IMG/VR virus record: IMGVR_UViG_3300010352_001543
DNA: 64,000 nt
Source of the DNA: a virus
Taxonomy: Duplodnaviria > Caudoviricetes
Reading direction: 5' to 3' (one strand)
The notes beneath the pieces were generated by a model. The model did no database searches. It saw only the letters and a list, made by a program, of their open reading frames with translations, and was not told the DNA's origin. Positions 37,694 through 47,730 of the stretch are shown here, one piece after another (the stretch's first letter is position 1; every line of letters begins with the position of its first letter). A program made the translations under genes and the position numbers.

Positions 37694-39523
37694 TTAATAT
37701 CCTACTACCGTTACTCCATTTTTACCATTACACACATTTATAGCTAAATTATAACTTGCTGATTCGGATGGACATCTTAAAGTTTTGGCTTTAGAAGCAT
37801 TACAAGAATAAAAACAGTTTGTAAAATTCACTACATTAGCATTAACAATAGTTATATCTCCGATTAAGTTTACACAATTTCTAAAAGTACTATGCATATT
37901 TACAACATTAGATCCAATCGTTGGAGCAGTTACCAGATTAGAGCACAGATTAAACGTGTTAGTTAATTCAGTAACTTTATTGGGTATTGTAGGAGCATTA
38001 ACAAGATTAGAACAATTATAAAATGCTTGAGACATGCCAGTAACATTAGCAGGAATCGTGGTAGAATCAATAAGATTAACACAACTATAAAAAGTTGTAG
38101 ACATGTTTGTAACATTATCGCCAATTGTTGGTGCATTAACAAGGAATGTACAGTCTCGAAAAGTTCCATACAGTGAAGTAACACTATCTGGAATTGATGG
38201 AGCTGTAACTATAGAACAATTACGAAAAGTAAAAACCATAGTTGTAACATTAGAACCAATTGTTGGAGCATTAACAAGATTTGTACATCCATTAAAAGCC
38301 CATGACATGTTTATAACTTTATTTGGAATCTGAGTAGCGTTAACAAGATATGAGCAGTATTCAAATGTACTGCTCATATCTGTAGTGTTTATAGAAATTG
38401 CAGGAGCATTAACAAGGCTTGTACATAATGAAAAAGTGCCGGACATACTTACTACCTTATCTGGAATTGTAGGAGCATTAACAAGATTAGAACAGTTATA
38501 AAATGTTAGATACATATCAGTAACATTAACACCTATTATAGGAGAATTAACGAGACTAGTACAGTATCTAAACGTTCCTGACAATGATGAGACATTATCA
38601 GGAATTGTCGGCGTGTTTACAAGATTTGTACATCCATTAAAAGTAGAAACCATATTTGTAGTATTAGTACTAATTGCTGGCGAATTTATTAGATTAACAC
38701 ACAAAGAAAAAGATTGATACATCTGTGTTACAGTATCTGGAATAATTGGAGCGGATATAAGATTTCTACAGTTCATATATGTAGAACCAAGAATCTGGAC
38801 ATTATTTCCTATTGTAGTATTTACTAATTTAAGATTGTTATAAAAACATGACCACATATTAATCACACCATTTCCAATTGATGGTGCATTTACAAGATTA
38901 CTACAGTATGAAAATGTAGTATTCATATTTACTACATTATCAGGAATGTTCGTGACATTAACAAGATTAGTACAATACTCAAATGCTGAGTTCATTAGAA
39001 CAACACCTGTTCCAATATTTGGCATATTAATAAGATTTGAACAAAGACGAAAAGTATAGATCAAATTAGTAACGTTATTAGAAATAGCAGGAGAATTAAT
39101 AAGATTAGTACAACTATAAAAAGTAGAATACATAGATGTAATACTATCTGGTATCACATCTACTCCTATTAGACCAGAACAAGCATTAAACGCGTTTGCC
39201 ATTGTATTTCCGACAAATTGAACATTGGCGCCAATAGAAACGTTAGTAACTGTTGTCTTCGCTCTAAACGTAGAATTAGCGTTTACTATCGTTTGCCTAA
39301 TGTCAGCTCCAACTACGTTACCCATCCTATTTGGAATATTAGGTGATGTTGATATAGCGGCACCTACCCAATTGGTTATTAATGTTGCTGTAGTATTGGT
39401 TGTAGCAGTATAAATAGTGTTCCAAGCAAATGTTTCTTTTGGTGCGCCATCAACACCATTAAATTTAGACCAAGTGGTTATTCCCATAACTTTGGTAAAA
39501 GTTTCTACGCCATTAATTTTCAT
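37694..39523 (-). CDS. BspA/DUF285-like leucine-rich-repeat surface protein
   Basis: About 20 tandem 22-aa repeats, consensus M..TF..C.NLVNAP.I...V. Confidence 0.85.
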   Translation of the reverse strand: MKINGVETFTKVMGITTWSKFNGVDGAPKETFAWNTIYTATTNTTATLITNWVGAAISTSPNIPNRMGNVVGADIRQTIVNANSTFRAKTTVTNVSIGANVQFVGNTMANAFNACSGLIGVDVIPDSITSMYSTFYSCTNLINSPAISNNVTNLIYTFRLCSNLINMPNIGTGVVLMNSAFEYCTNLVNVTNIPDNVVNMNTTFSYCSNLVNAPSIGNGVINMWSCFYNNLKLVNTTIGNNVQILGSTYMNCRNLISAPIIPDTVTQMYQSFSLCVNLINSPAISTNTTNMVSTFNGCTNLVNTPTIPDNVSSLSGTFRYCTSLVNSPIIGVNVTDMYLTFYNCSNLVNAPTIPDKVVSMSGTFSLCTSLVNAPAISINTTDMSSTFEYCSYLVNATQIPNKVINMSWAFNGCTNLVNAPTIGSNVTTMVFTFRNCSIVTAPSIPDSVTSLYGTFRDCTFLVNAPTIGDNVTNMSTTFYSCVNLIDSTTIPANVTGMSQAFYNCSNLVNAPTIPNKVTELTNTFNLCSNLVTAPTIGSNVVNMHSTFRNCVNLIGDITIVNANVVNFTNCFYSCNASKAKTLRCPSESASYNLAINVCNGKNGVTVVGY

Positions 39524-39524
39524 C

Positions 39525-42515
39525 TTAAATCTCCACCCAAGTATTATCAGGACAAAAAAATATAATGTCTGCCGTTTCGCAATAACCCACTATTCTAACA
39601 ATATTTGTAGTTGTCGCCGGAGCAGTTTCCGTAATTGCACCACCTGTTGCTGCACTTATATACTGTGCTTTTGTAGGTGTCATATTGAAAACTGAAGCAT
39701 CTTGAAAATAACCTTTAATTAGAAATATGCCAGGATTATTTGCTGTAATAGCGTCTGTTGCCATTACTATCATTACCCCACCAGATGTTAGCACAGAATC
39801 CGCTTTTGCTAACCACATTTTTCCATCCGATTTTAAGTAGCATATTTGACCAGATGTTAAATTTTCCCCTGCGGTTTTTGTTACCGTAATTCCAGAATAA
39901 GTATGATCTGCAGGGGCAGCGGTAAAACTTATAGTCGTACTAGCAGGTCCTGTTGGTCCTGTGACAGTGCTGGCAGCTCCTTGCGCTCCGGTTGGTCCGG
40001 TTGGTCCAGTGACAGTGCTGGCAGCTCCTTGCGCTCCGGTTGGTCCTGTTTTGCCAGTTGGACCGGTTACAGTGCTCGCAGCACCTGTTGGTCCTGTTGG
40101 TCCAGTGACAGTTGAGGCAGCTCCTTGCGCTCCGGTTGGTCCGGTTGGACCAGGAACTAAACTTGCCGTTCCTTGAGCACCTGTTGGTCCTGTTGGTCCA
40201 GTAATTGTTGAGGCAGCTCCTTGAGCACCGGTTGATCCTGTTGGACCGGTTACAGTGCTTGCAGCACCTGTTGGTCCTGTTGGTCCAGTAATTGTTGAGG
40301 CAGCTCCTGTTGGTCCTGTTTTGCCAGTTGGACCAGTGACAGTGCTTGCAGCGCCTTGCGCTCCAGTTGGTCCGGTTGGTCCGGTTACTGTTGAATCAGC
40401 TCCTTGCGCTCCGGTTGGTCCGGTTGGTCCTGTTGGACCAGTGACAGTTGAGGCAGCTCCTTGCGCTCCTTGTGCTCCGGTTGGTCCTGTTGGACCAGTG
40501 ACAGTTGAGGCAGCTCCTTGCGCTCCGGTTGGTCCTGTTGGACCAGTGACAGTTGAGGCAGCTCCTTGCGCTCCGGTTGGTCCTGTTGGACCAGTGACAG
40601 TTGAGGCAGCTCCTTGCGCTCCGGTTGGTCCTGTGACAGTGCTTGCGGCTCCTTGCGCTCCGGTTGGTCCTGTTGGACCAGTGACAGTTGAGGCAGCTCC
40701 TTGCGCGCCTGTTGGTCCTGTTGGTCCAGTGACAGTTGAGGCAGCTCCTTGCGCTCCGGTTGGTCCGGTTGGTCCGGTTGGTCCGGTTACTGTTGAATCA
40801 GCTCCTTGTGCTCCGGTTGGTCCTGTTGGACCAGTGACAGTTGAGGCAGCTCCGGTTGGTCCTGTTTTACCTGTTGGTCCGGTGACAGTTGAGGCAGCTC
40901 CAGTTGGTCCTGTTTTACCTGTTGGACCAGTGACAGTTGAGGCAGCTCCTTGCGCTCCGGTTGGTCCTGTTGGACCAGTGACAGTTGAGGCAGCACCTGT
41001 TGGACCAGTGACAGTTGAGGCAGCTCCTTGCGCTCCGGTTGGTCCGGTTGGACCAGTGACAGTTGAGGCAGCACCTGTTGGACCAGTGACAGTTGAAGCA
41101 GCTCCTTGCGCTCCGGTTGGTCCTGTTGGACCAGTGACAGTTGAGGCAGCTCCTTGCACTCCGGTTGGTCCTGTTGGACCAGTGACAGTTGAAGCAGCTC
41201 CTTGCGCTCCGGTTGGTCCTGTTGGACCAGTGACAGTTGAGGCAGCACCTTGTGCTCCGGTTGGTCCTGTTGGACCAGTGACAGTTGAGGCAGCACCTTG
41301 CGCTCCGGTTGGTCCTGTTGGACCAGTGACAGTTGAGGCAGCACCTTGTGCTCCGGTTGGTCCTGTTGGACCAGTGACAGTTGAGGCAGCACCTGTTGGA
41401 CCAGTGACAGTTGAGGCAGCTCCTTGCGCTCCGGTTGGTCCTGTTGGTCCAGTGACATTGCTGGCAGCTCCTTGCGCTCCGGTTGGTCCTGTTGGTCCAG
41501 TGACAGTTGAGGCAGCTCCTTGCGCGCCTGTTGGTCCTGTGACAGTTGAGGCAGCTCCTTGCGCTCCGGTTGGTCCTGTTGGACCAGTGACAGTTGAGGC
41601 AGCTCCTTGCGCTCCGGTTGGTCCTGTTGGACCAGTGACAGTTGAGGCAGCTCCTTGCGCGCCTGTTGGTCCTGTTGGTCCAGTGACAGTTGAGGCAGCT
41701 CCTTGCGCTCCGGTTGGTCCTGTTGGTCCAGTGACAGTGCTTGCAGCGCCTTGCGCTCCGGTTGGTCCGGTTGGTCCGGTTACTGTTGAATCAGCTCCTT
41801 GTGCTCCGGTTGGTCCTGTTGGACCAGTGACAGTTGAGGCAGCACCTTGCGCTCCGGTTGGTCCTGTTGGACCAGTGACAGTTGAGGCAGCTCCAGTTGG
41901 TCCTGTTTTACCTGTTGGACCAGTGACAGTTGAGGCAGCTCCTTGCGCTCCGGTTGGTCCTGTTGGACCAGTGACAGTTGAGGCAGCACCTTGCGCACCT
42001 GTTGGTCCTGTTGGACCAGTGACAGTTGAGGCAGCTCCTTGCGCTCCGGTTGGTCCTGTTGGACCAGTGACAGTTGAGGCAGCTCCTTGCGCTCCGGTTG
42101 GTCCTGTTGGTCCGATTGGACCAGTGATAGAAACACCAGCAATGCCTCGATTCCCGGTTGGTCCTGTTGGTCCTTTAATATTAGAAACAGGTCCTGTTGG
42201 TCCTGTTGGTCCAGTAATTATTGAGGCAGCTCCTTGCGCTCCGGTTGGTCCGGTTGGTCCAACCGCACCACGAACACCATCCAAACCATCTGATCCGGTT
42301 GGTCCCATTTGTCCGGTTGGTCCAGTAGGACCAATAACAGGCAAAGAAGAAACTCCATCTAAATCAGAATACCAAATTCCTTCAAAATAAGTATATGTTT
42401 TATGTGAATCAGTACAAAAATAAGTAGATAAATTTTCTAAAATACTATGATTTATGTTATTTATCTCTTCTTCTAAACCGAAGTGCTTATCGTAATAACC
42501 GGACTTTATCGCCAT
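39525..42515 (-). CDS. long collagen-like fibre with a C-terminal capsid-cement-like domain
   Basis: About 790 aa of [16 protein letters not shown] repeats; C-terminal AGENL..G..CYL..DGK..LA.AD...YIS...G..T.TAP....R.VG. Confidence 0.85.
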   Translation of the reverse strand: MAIKSGYYDKHFGLEEEINNINHSILENLSTYFCTDSHKTYTYFEGIWYSDLDGVSSLPVIGPTGPTGQMGPTGSDGLDGVRGAVGPTGPTGAQGAASIITGPTGPTGPVSNIKGPTGPTGNRGIAGVSITGPIGPTGPTGAQGAASTVTGPTGPTGAQGAASTVTGPTGPTGAQGAASTVTGPTGPTGAQGAASTVTGPTGKTGPTGAASTVTGPTGPTGAQGAASTVTGPTGPTGAQGADSTVTGPTGPTGAQGAASTVTGPTGPTGAQGAASTVTGPTGPTGAQGAASTVTGPTGPTGAQGAASTVTGPTGPTGAQGAASTVTGPTGAQGAASTVTGPTGPTGAQGAASNVTGPTGPTGAQGAASTVTGPTGAASTVTGPTGPTGAQGAASTVTGPTGPTGAQGAASTVTGPTGPTGAQGAASTVTGPTGPTGAQGAASTVTGPTGPTGVQGAASTVTGPTGPTGAQGAASTVTGPTGAASTVTGPTGPTGAQGAASTVTGPTGAASTVTGPTGPTGAQGAASTVTGPTGKTGPTGAASTVTGPTGKTGPTGAASTVTGPTGPTGAQGADSTVTGPTGPTGPTGAQGAASTVTGPTGPTGAQGAASTVTGPTGPTGAQGAASTVTGPTGAQGAASTVTGPTGPTGAQGAASTVTGPTGPTGAQGAASTVTGPTGPTGAQGAQGAASTVTGPTGPTGPTGAQGADSTVTGPTGPTGAQGAASTVTGPTGKTGPTGAASTITGPTGPTGAASTVTGPTGSTGAQGAASTITGPTGPTGAQGTASLVPGPTGPTGAQGAASTVTGPTGPTGAASTVTGPTGKTGPTGAQGAASTVTGPTGPTGAQGAASTVTGPTGPASTTISFTAAPADHTYSGITVTKTAGENLTSGQICYLKSDGKMWLAKADSVLTSGGVMIVMATDAITANNPGIFLIKGYFQDASVFNMTPTKAQYISAATGGAITETAPATTTNIVRIVGYCETADIIFFCPDNTWVEI
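39945..42335. repeat. GC-rich coding tandem repeat, 48-bp main unit with shorter variants, roughly 50 units
   Basis: Unit such as gcagctccttgcgctccggttggtcctgttggaccagtgacagttgag repeated head to tail. Confidence 0.95.
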
Positions 42516-42525
42516 TTAAAAATAA

Positions 42526-43014
42526 TTAAGTTTTAATGTTTAATTTTTTGAAATCATCTTCAGAAAAAATATAAAAAATCCAACCTTGAGAATCACAAAA
42601 CTGTTTAGCTGCTTTCCATTTGGAAATGTTTCTGATATATGTTAAACATTCTTTATTATATCGTTGTATTTTTTTAGTTGTTAGTTTTTCATTTAGTGCA
42701 TTTAATTGTTTTGGTGGAAAACATTCAGCAATTGGTTTAACTTCAAGTAACCATTTTTTTCCTCCGGTTATCGCCCAAAAATCAATGTAGTATTTATGTT
42801 TTGTTTTATCACCTAAATTTATATATTGTATAGGAAAAGGTTCGGATGCCCATTTTTCAATTAATGGATTTCTATCCAAAAAAATCATCAATTTCAGCTC
42901 CCAAGAACTTCTGAAAAATATTTGTTGAGCATTACCCACATATTTTTCTTTGTTTTCTGGAATATAGTAACCTTGTTTGTAATGGGTCTTGTTTTTTTTA
43001 AAAATCCAGCTCAT
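42526..43014 (-). CDS. head completion nuclease (gp4-like, TnsA fold)
   Basis: FRSSWE, WASE, YYIDF, LEVKP, KWKAA. Confidence 0.9.
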   Translation of the reverse strand: MSWIFKKNKTHYKQGYYIPENKEKYVGNAQQIFFRSSWELKLMIFLDRNPLIEKWASEPFPIQYINLGDKTKHKYYIDFWAITGGKKWLLEVKPIAECFPPKQLNALNEKLTTKKIQRYNKECLTYIRNISKWKAAKQFCDSQGWIFYIFSEDDFKKLNIKT

Positions 43015-43027
43015 TTATTTTTTTAAG

Positions 43028-44941
43028 TTATTTTGAATCGTTTCGTAAACTAGAAACTAATATTTTATTATCAAAATAATCAAGATATTCTGAATTTTCT
43101 TTCTTGAAATAAAAATTAACACAACTTAGTAAATTGGTAGTGATTGAATCTCTAACTATTCTACCGTATCTATCATACCAATTTCCACGAATAAGAGGTA
43201 TTTCATTTTTTTGTAAAATAATATCACCATTATAATCAATATAATTTTTTATATAATTTTGAACAGTTTCAAGAGAAAGAATATAACGGAGTTTAGTGTT
43301 TATATTCAAATCTTCTATTTTGGCTGGTAAATTTAAATCATTTTGAAGGAAATCAGCATTATCGAACACATATGTGTTTTGTTCGTACCATGAATAATTA
43401 TCCATGAAACGGGAAATCTTTTCTATATCGGAATATGTTAAGCCAATTGAACTTGTTTGAAAATTATCGTAATCACAGAGTAATCTTAATTCCTTTTCAA
43501 CATCTTCCGAAATAAATTCGATGGAAACCGAGTCTATACCAGGAACAGACTCAATTATTGCAATTAAATCAGATTTAGGTAAATAGTCAACTCTTTTATA
43601 AGCGGTCATATAATTAGAAAGACGGATTCTAATTTCGTCCTGAATTTTTTGCTTGTCATAACCGCTAAAAGTGTTCATGTAAATATTAAGCATATAACGC
43701 TTAAATACTGGTTCCTCGAAATGTAGTATAGAACCCATTATCATATTACCTGAACGTTCTATTTGGTTTTGTATTGAATATTTTTCAAAATTAGAAAGCG
43801 CAAACTTAGTAATATCCAAACTAAAATAATCTTCATTACTTTTATAAGATTTTGAAATGTCCGGAACAAGCATAGCAAAAATTACAAGATCAATGTATGG
43901 ATCAAATTTATCAGTCTCTGTCCATATATTAATTCGGGAGAATTGTTTCATCTGTTCAAAAAATTGTCTATAATTACTAGTTTGTGCAAGAACAAAACTT
44001 CTTGACTGCAGTGGAGCAAGAAGCTTAGTCATATTTATATCTTCTGAGGAGGAACCAAAAACAATAGGATTGGAAACTTTAATATAAAACAAATCATTAA
44101 GGTCAAAGGTATTACCTTCAACATCATATCCATTATCTACAAATTTAAATTCAATGTTGTCTGTGTTTGAAACATTTCCAGCATAACCATCTGTTAATAA
44201 ATACTGAACAGTTATTTTAGCGCCCAAGTCCGGTATTGCTCCATGAGTTTTATTTCCAAAAATAACATCAATTCCTGAAGTCATGCCTGTTTTAACAAGG
44301 TAACCTTTAGTATCATACGGTATATCTATTAGACTGTCATATTTCTTCCATTTTTCTCCGTTCACATAAACATTTATATGAAAATGGTCAATCATGTTCT
44401 TATTCATTTGATTAGCTTCAAATGATTGGAGTGGAGCACCCTTACCGGTGAAAGTTTGTTCTTCAAACTTTCCTTGAATTATTTTTAAATACTTTATTGA
44501 CCGGTCATTATAGATATCAATTTTTAAATCATTTTGACCATTAATAGCTAAGTAATGTAGCCCATTTGATTGACAAAGAAGAGAATTGAAGTTAGGAATA
44601 ATACAATAATTTCCTGAAATGTTCTCAGGAATAACTCCGGTAGGAACAATTGAAATTTCTCCCATCGCGGCGGTTGCTCTCATTGGATCGTAACCGGCAA
44701 GGCGGGCGAGTCCATAAATTGAATTAGCACGCTGAGCAGAAGTTATAGAAAGTTCAGTTATAGAATCTTCAATATAAAAAAGATTTTCTTGCATCAGACG
44801 TTCTTGGACGTCCAGTAGCTGACCATAAGGACTTGCTGAGGTAAATACATCTTCCGACTGATTATAAATCTTCTTGATGTAATTTTTTACATCCCTAACT
44901 AGATTAGTATATCTAATATTTTGTTTTTTGAAAAAATCCAT
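43028..44941 (-). CDS. baseplate wedge protein (gp6-like)
   Basis: SAQRANSIYGLARLAGYDP, VYVNGEKW, VIFGN..HG.IP..G.KITVQYL.TDG..GN. Confidence 0.85.
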   Translation of the reverse strand: MDFFKKQNIRYTNLVRDVKNYIKKIYNQSEDVFTSASPYGQLLDVQERLMQENLFYIEDSITELSITSAQRANSIYGLARLAGYDPMRATAAMGEISIVPTGVIPENISGNYCIIPNFNSLLCQSNGLHYLAINGQNDLKIDIYNDRSIKYLKIIQGKFEEQTFTGKGAPLQSFEANQMNKNMIDHFHINVYVNGEKWKKYDSLIDIPYDTKGYLVKTGMTSGIDVIFGNKTHGAIPDLGAKITVQYLLTDGYAGNVSNTDNIEFKFVDNGYDVEGNTFDLNDLFYIKVSNPIVFGSSSEDINMTKLLAPLQSRSFVLAQTSNYRQFFEQMKQFSRINIWTETDKFDPYIDLVIFAMLVPDISKSYKSNEDYFSLDITKFALSNFEKYSIQNQIERSGNMIMGSILHFEEPVFKRYMLNIYMNTFSGYDKQKIQDEIRIRLSNYMTAYKRVDYLPKSDLIAIIESVPGIDSVSIEFISEDVEKELRLLCDYDNFQTSSIGLTYSDIEKISRFMDNYSWYEQNTYVFDNADFLQNDLNLPAKIEDLNINTKLRYILSLETVQNYIKNYIDYNGDIILQKNEIPLIRGNWYDRYGRIVRDSITTNLLSCVNFYFKKENSEYLDYFDNKILVSSLRNDSK

Positions 44942-44953
44942 AAATAAATAATT

Positions 44954-45310
44954 TTAAAGAATATATCCAATTACTCGTTGTTTGTTTAGAGTGATGTACA
45001 GGTAAATTGTATCCTTAACTCCATCTGTACTAAAGTCGAATTCCACATCTATATTATAACTTGTGTTTTTAATATAATGTTGAATTTGTGCCAAAAATTC
45101 TTTTCTTATGGTATCACCACGGAATCCAGTTTCAAAAAGATGACTTTCAAGATCTAATCCTAAATTATAATTGCCTAATACCTCACCTTTGTTGGTAAGC
45201 AAAATCATTCTAATTTGGTTCAGAACCATTTCTAATTCTGAACCAGTTTCAATTTTATCACTTCTATGTCTGGGATCCGATGGATCACGAAACCAAAATT
45301 CTGATATCAT
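44954..45310 (-). CDS. baseplate protein (gp25-like)
   Basis: QIRMILLTNKGE...N.G.DL...LFE. Confidence 0.8.
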   Translation of the reverse strand: MISEFWFRDPSDPRHRSDKIETGSELEMVLNQIRMILLTNKGEVLGNYNLGLDLESHLFETGFRGDTIRKEFLAQIQHYIKNTSYNIDVEFDFSTDGVKDTIYLYITLNKQRVIGYIL

Positions 45311-45326
45311 ATTTATATATATTTAG

Positions 45327-45785
45327 TTATCGCGAAGTATATTTATTCTGTCCTGAATTACCAAAAGATTTTCGAACTTCGTTCCGGTCAGTCTTTAGAA
45401 AACTACTACCTTTATGGCTTCCGTTTTGAACTGGACGACCATGAGTTTCATTTTCTTTTACTTTCTTTTTCGGTGCTATGTCGGGTTCTTTTTCTTGATC
45501 CTCTATATCATCTTTTAAGTTATCTTTTGAATCAGGTTCCAAATTATCCATATCAGAATCAAAATCTGGATCGATGTTATCATCTGCATCATCGTCTTCT
45601 GTTTCAACAGAATCAGTTTCTTCATCATCATTTATGTCTTTTGTGTCTTTATCTGCATCTTTATCTTTATCTACGACTTCTTCATCGTCATCATTTTTTC
45701 TTTTTCTTTGAGGTGGTTTTGGCGCTCCGCCGTGCTGTTCTACATACTCTTCAAAACCAAGAATGTATTTTTTAAATTCAGCCAT
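45327..45785 (-). CDS. acidic low-complexity protein
   Basis: Asp/Glu-rich; N-terminus YILGFEEYVE. Confidence 0.55.
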   Translation of the reverse strand: MAEFKKYILGFEEYVEQHGGAPKPPQRKRKNDDDEEVVDKDKDADKDTKDINDDEETDSVETEDDDADDNIDPDFDSDMDNLEPDSKDNLKDDIEDQEKEPDIAPKKKVKENETHGRPVQNGSHKGSSFLKTDRNEVRKSFGNSGQNKYTSR

Positions 45786-45810
45786 TTTAAACTCCGTTAT
45801 TTTTAATTCT

Positions 45811-46539
45811 TTAAAAAGTTATGAACCAGTCCATTGGGTCGGATGATATCAAATATTCTTCTATTTTTTCTAATTCTGCTTCTGACTCACTTCGTAATGA
45901 GTCGACATCAATTTCCACGTTACCTGGTAAAGGAAACTTATACATACCAATTATCCGAGCAAAACTTTCTTTCGCTTTAGCATGACAGTAACGAATGAAA
46001 TAATGGTCTTCCATTAATTTATCATCTTCAATTCCCACCATACCTTCTACAAGAACTTTTAGCTTTGGATCTCTACCCAAAATCTGTAATTTTTTATTGT
46101 TTTTATTGAATGAATATGTTATGTCATCAACAATAAAAATCTTTGTTAAATCTATCATCTGGGCACGCGCAACTCTTAGAACTAAATCATCACCCATTGA
46201 ATTATCTATATATACACTTGACGCCATCATCCTTGCTTCACTGAAATCCTTATCTATGAAATTAAACCGTCCATTACTTTTAATTTCTTTAACTTTATGA
46301 ACAGATAAAAAATTATCCGGTAATGTTATAGAACGGGAACGTTTAAATTCTTGTGTTCCGAATATACTACTTGGTAAAATTAATCGCTGATCCTCTGTTG
46401 CATATCGATAACGATCATAGAAATATTTTTTGGTCTGTTCAATAACACGTATTATTTCAGCATCCTTGAGAAGCTGTGGAAGAGTTCCTGAACCGGTAAG
46501 TTCCGCCACTATATCTGCGAGTAAGGCTTCTTTAGTCAT
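45811..46539 (-). CDS. neck protein (gp13-like)
   Basis: RYCHAKAK...G.YKFPLPGNVEID...EAELEKIEE. Confidence 0.75.
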   Translation of the reverse strand: MTKEALLADIVAELTGSGTLPQLLKDAEIIRVIEQTKKYFYDRYRYATEDQRLILPSSIFGTQEFKRSRSITLPDNFLSVHKVKEIKSNGRFNFIDKDFSEARMMASSVYIDNSMGDDLVLRVARAQMIDLTKIFIVDDITYSFNKNNKKLQILGRDPKLKVLVEGMVGIEDDKLMEDHYFIRYCHAKAKESFARIIGMYKFPLPGNVEIDVDSLRSESEAELEKIEEYLISSDPMDWFITF

Positions 46540-47726
46540 CGTTTCGGGTTTAATTTTATATTAGTGAATACTCCACTTTTTTCATCAGCTTCCATATACT
46601 CATCTTGATGTTTTAAGAAATCTTGTTCCAAATCTCTTGGAAAAAATCCAAAATGATTTAGTGGATATAAGGAATATTCAATTTCCTTTTTGAATTGTTT
46701 TCCGAAATCATCCAAGAAAACATTTTTTAATTTTTGAAGCTTTTCTTGTTTATTCTGGTTTAAAACAATATCATAAGTTCCGAGAATTGTTTCATACATA
46801 CAAACAAATTGATAAAATGGAAGACCGGAACCAGCATTACATTCTATAATTTTAATTTTGTTGTCATTAGTTATAAAAAAATCTAAAGAAAAGGTATTTA
46901 ATTTCATTAAATTGTTTGCTTTATGTGCTACCTCTATCAACTCCTCTATGTAAGGGAATCTGTTTATATTTTGTTGAACATAACAAAAATCATTTTTTTC
47001 ATCTATTTTTTTATTGAAAATAGTAGCGGCTCCATCCAAAGCAACTCGTTCTGCTAAAGAAAATATATTGTCTTGAAAAAATAGAACTCTATATTCCCTC
47101 TTGAAGTCAATACATTCGGAATATAAATCAAATTTATGCTTCTTATCTTTTTTTTCGAATTCGGATAATTCTTCAAACGAATCAAATTTCTTAATTCCTA
47201 TACCACTATGTCCCGCTTCCGGTTTCGCTATAACTGGAAATTTTAACTTTATAGCATCTTCTTTGCTAAAAACTGTTTTTGGAAAGTATTCTCCTATAAC
47301 AGGACTTAGTAATTTGTAATTAGCTATCTTTAATGTTTTATCATCCGAATTATAAAGAAAAATAATATCCTTATTATTTTTAAATTTATTAGCAAGAAAC
47401 AAAATCTTATCATTTTCGTCATCCATTTCCATATTCGCTTTATACTTATCACCAACAACAACCATATTAGAATAAATGATAGAATTTTTAGGAAATTTAA
47501 TTTTTTTAAAATCTTCCAATATTCCATCTTCGAAATTATATACCTTCATGAAATTTTTCGCAAAGTAATTATATAATTTTTTTTCAAATGGGCTTCTTTT
47601 TTTAGAAAAATTTTGTTTAGCCAAAAAATAAAATGAAAAATTATTAAAGAATGTATTATCATTCATAAATTGTTCAAATGTCAAGCATCTTAGTTTATTA
47701 GTAAATTCTTTTGTTATTTCTTTCAT
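46536..47726 (-). CDS. ATP-grasp (RimK-like) ligase
   Basis: FPKT, FPVIAKP..GHSGIGI, EYRV, SLDF, IIECNAGSG. Confidence 0.85.
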   Translation of the reverse strand: MKEITKEFTNKLRCLTFEQFMNDNTFFNNFSFYFLAKQNFSKKRSPFEKKLYNYFAKNFMKVYNFEDGILEDFKKIKFPKNSIIYSNMVVVGDKYKANMEMDDENDKILFLANKFKNNKDIIFLYNSDDKTLKIANYKLLSPVIGEYFPKTVFSKEDAIKLKFPVIAKPEAGHSGIGIKKFDSFEELSEFEKKDKKHKFDLYSECIDFKREYRVLFFQDNIFSLAERVALDGAATIFNKKIDEKNDFCYVQQNINRFPYIEELIEVAHKANNLMKLNTFSLDFFITNDNKIKIIECNAGSGLPFYQFVCMYETILGTYDIVLNQNKQEKLQKLKNVFLDDFGKQFKKEIEYSLYPLNHFGFFPRDLEQDFLKHQDEYMEADEKSGVFTNIKLNPKR

Positions 47727-47730
47727 ATGA

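Noticed and set aside
37694-39523. Possible diversity-generating retroelement target
   Set aside because: No reverse transcriptase and no template/variable repeat pair differing only at adenines seen in the window
39945-42335. Possible CRISPR array
   Set aside because: Head-to-tail coding repeats without unique spacers; no cas genes in the window
40255-42390. 711-aa plus-strand ORF, and the shifted-frame minus ORFs 40787-41458 and 41780-42142
   Set aside because: Shadow frames of the stop-poor collagen repeat; no independent start signals
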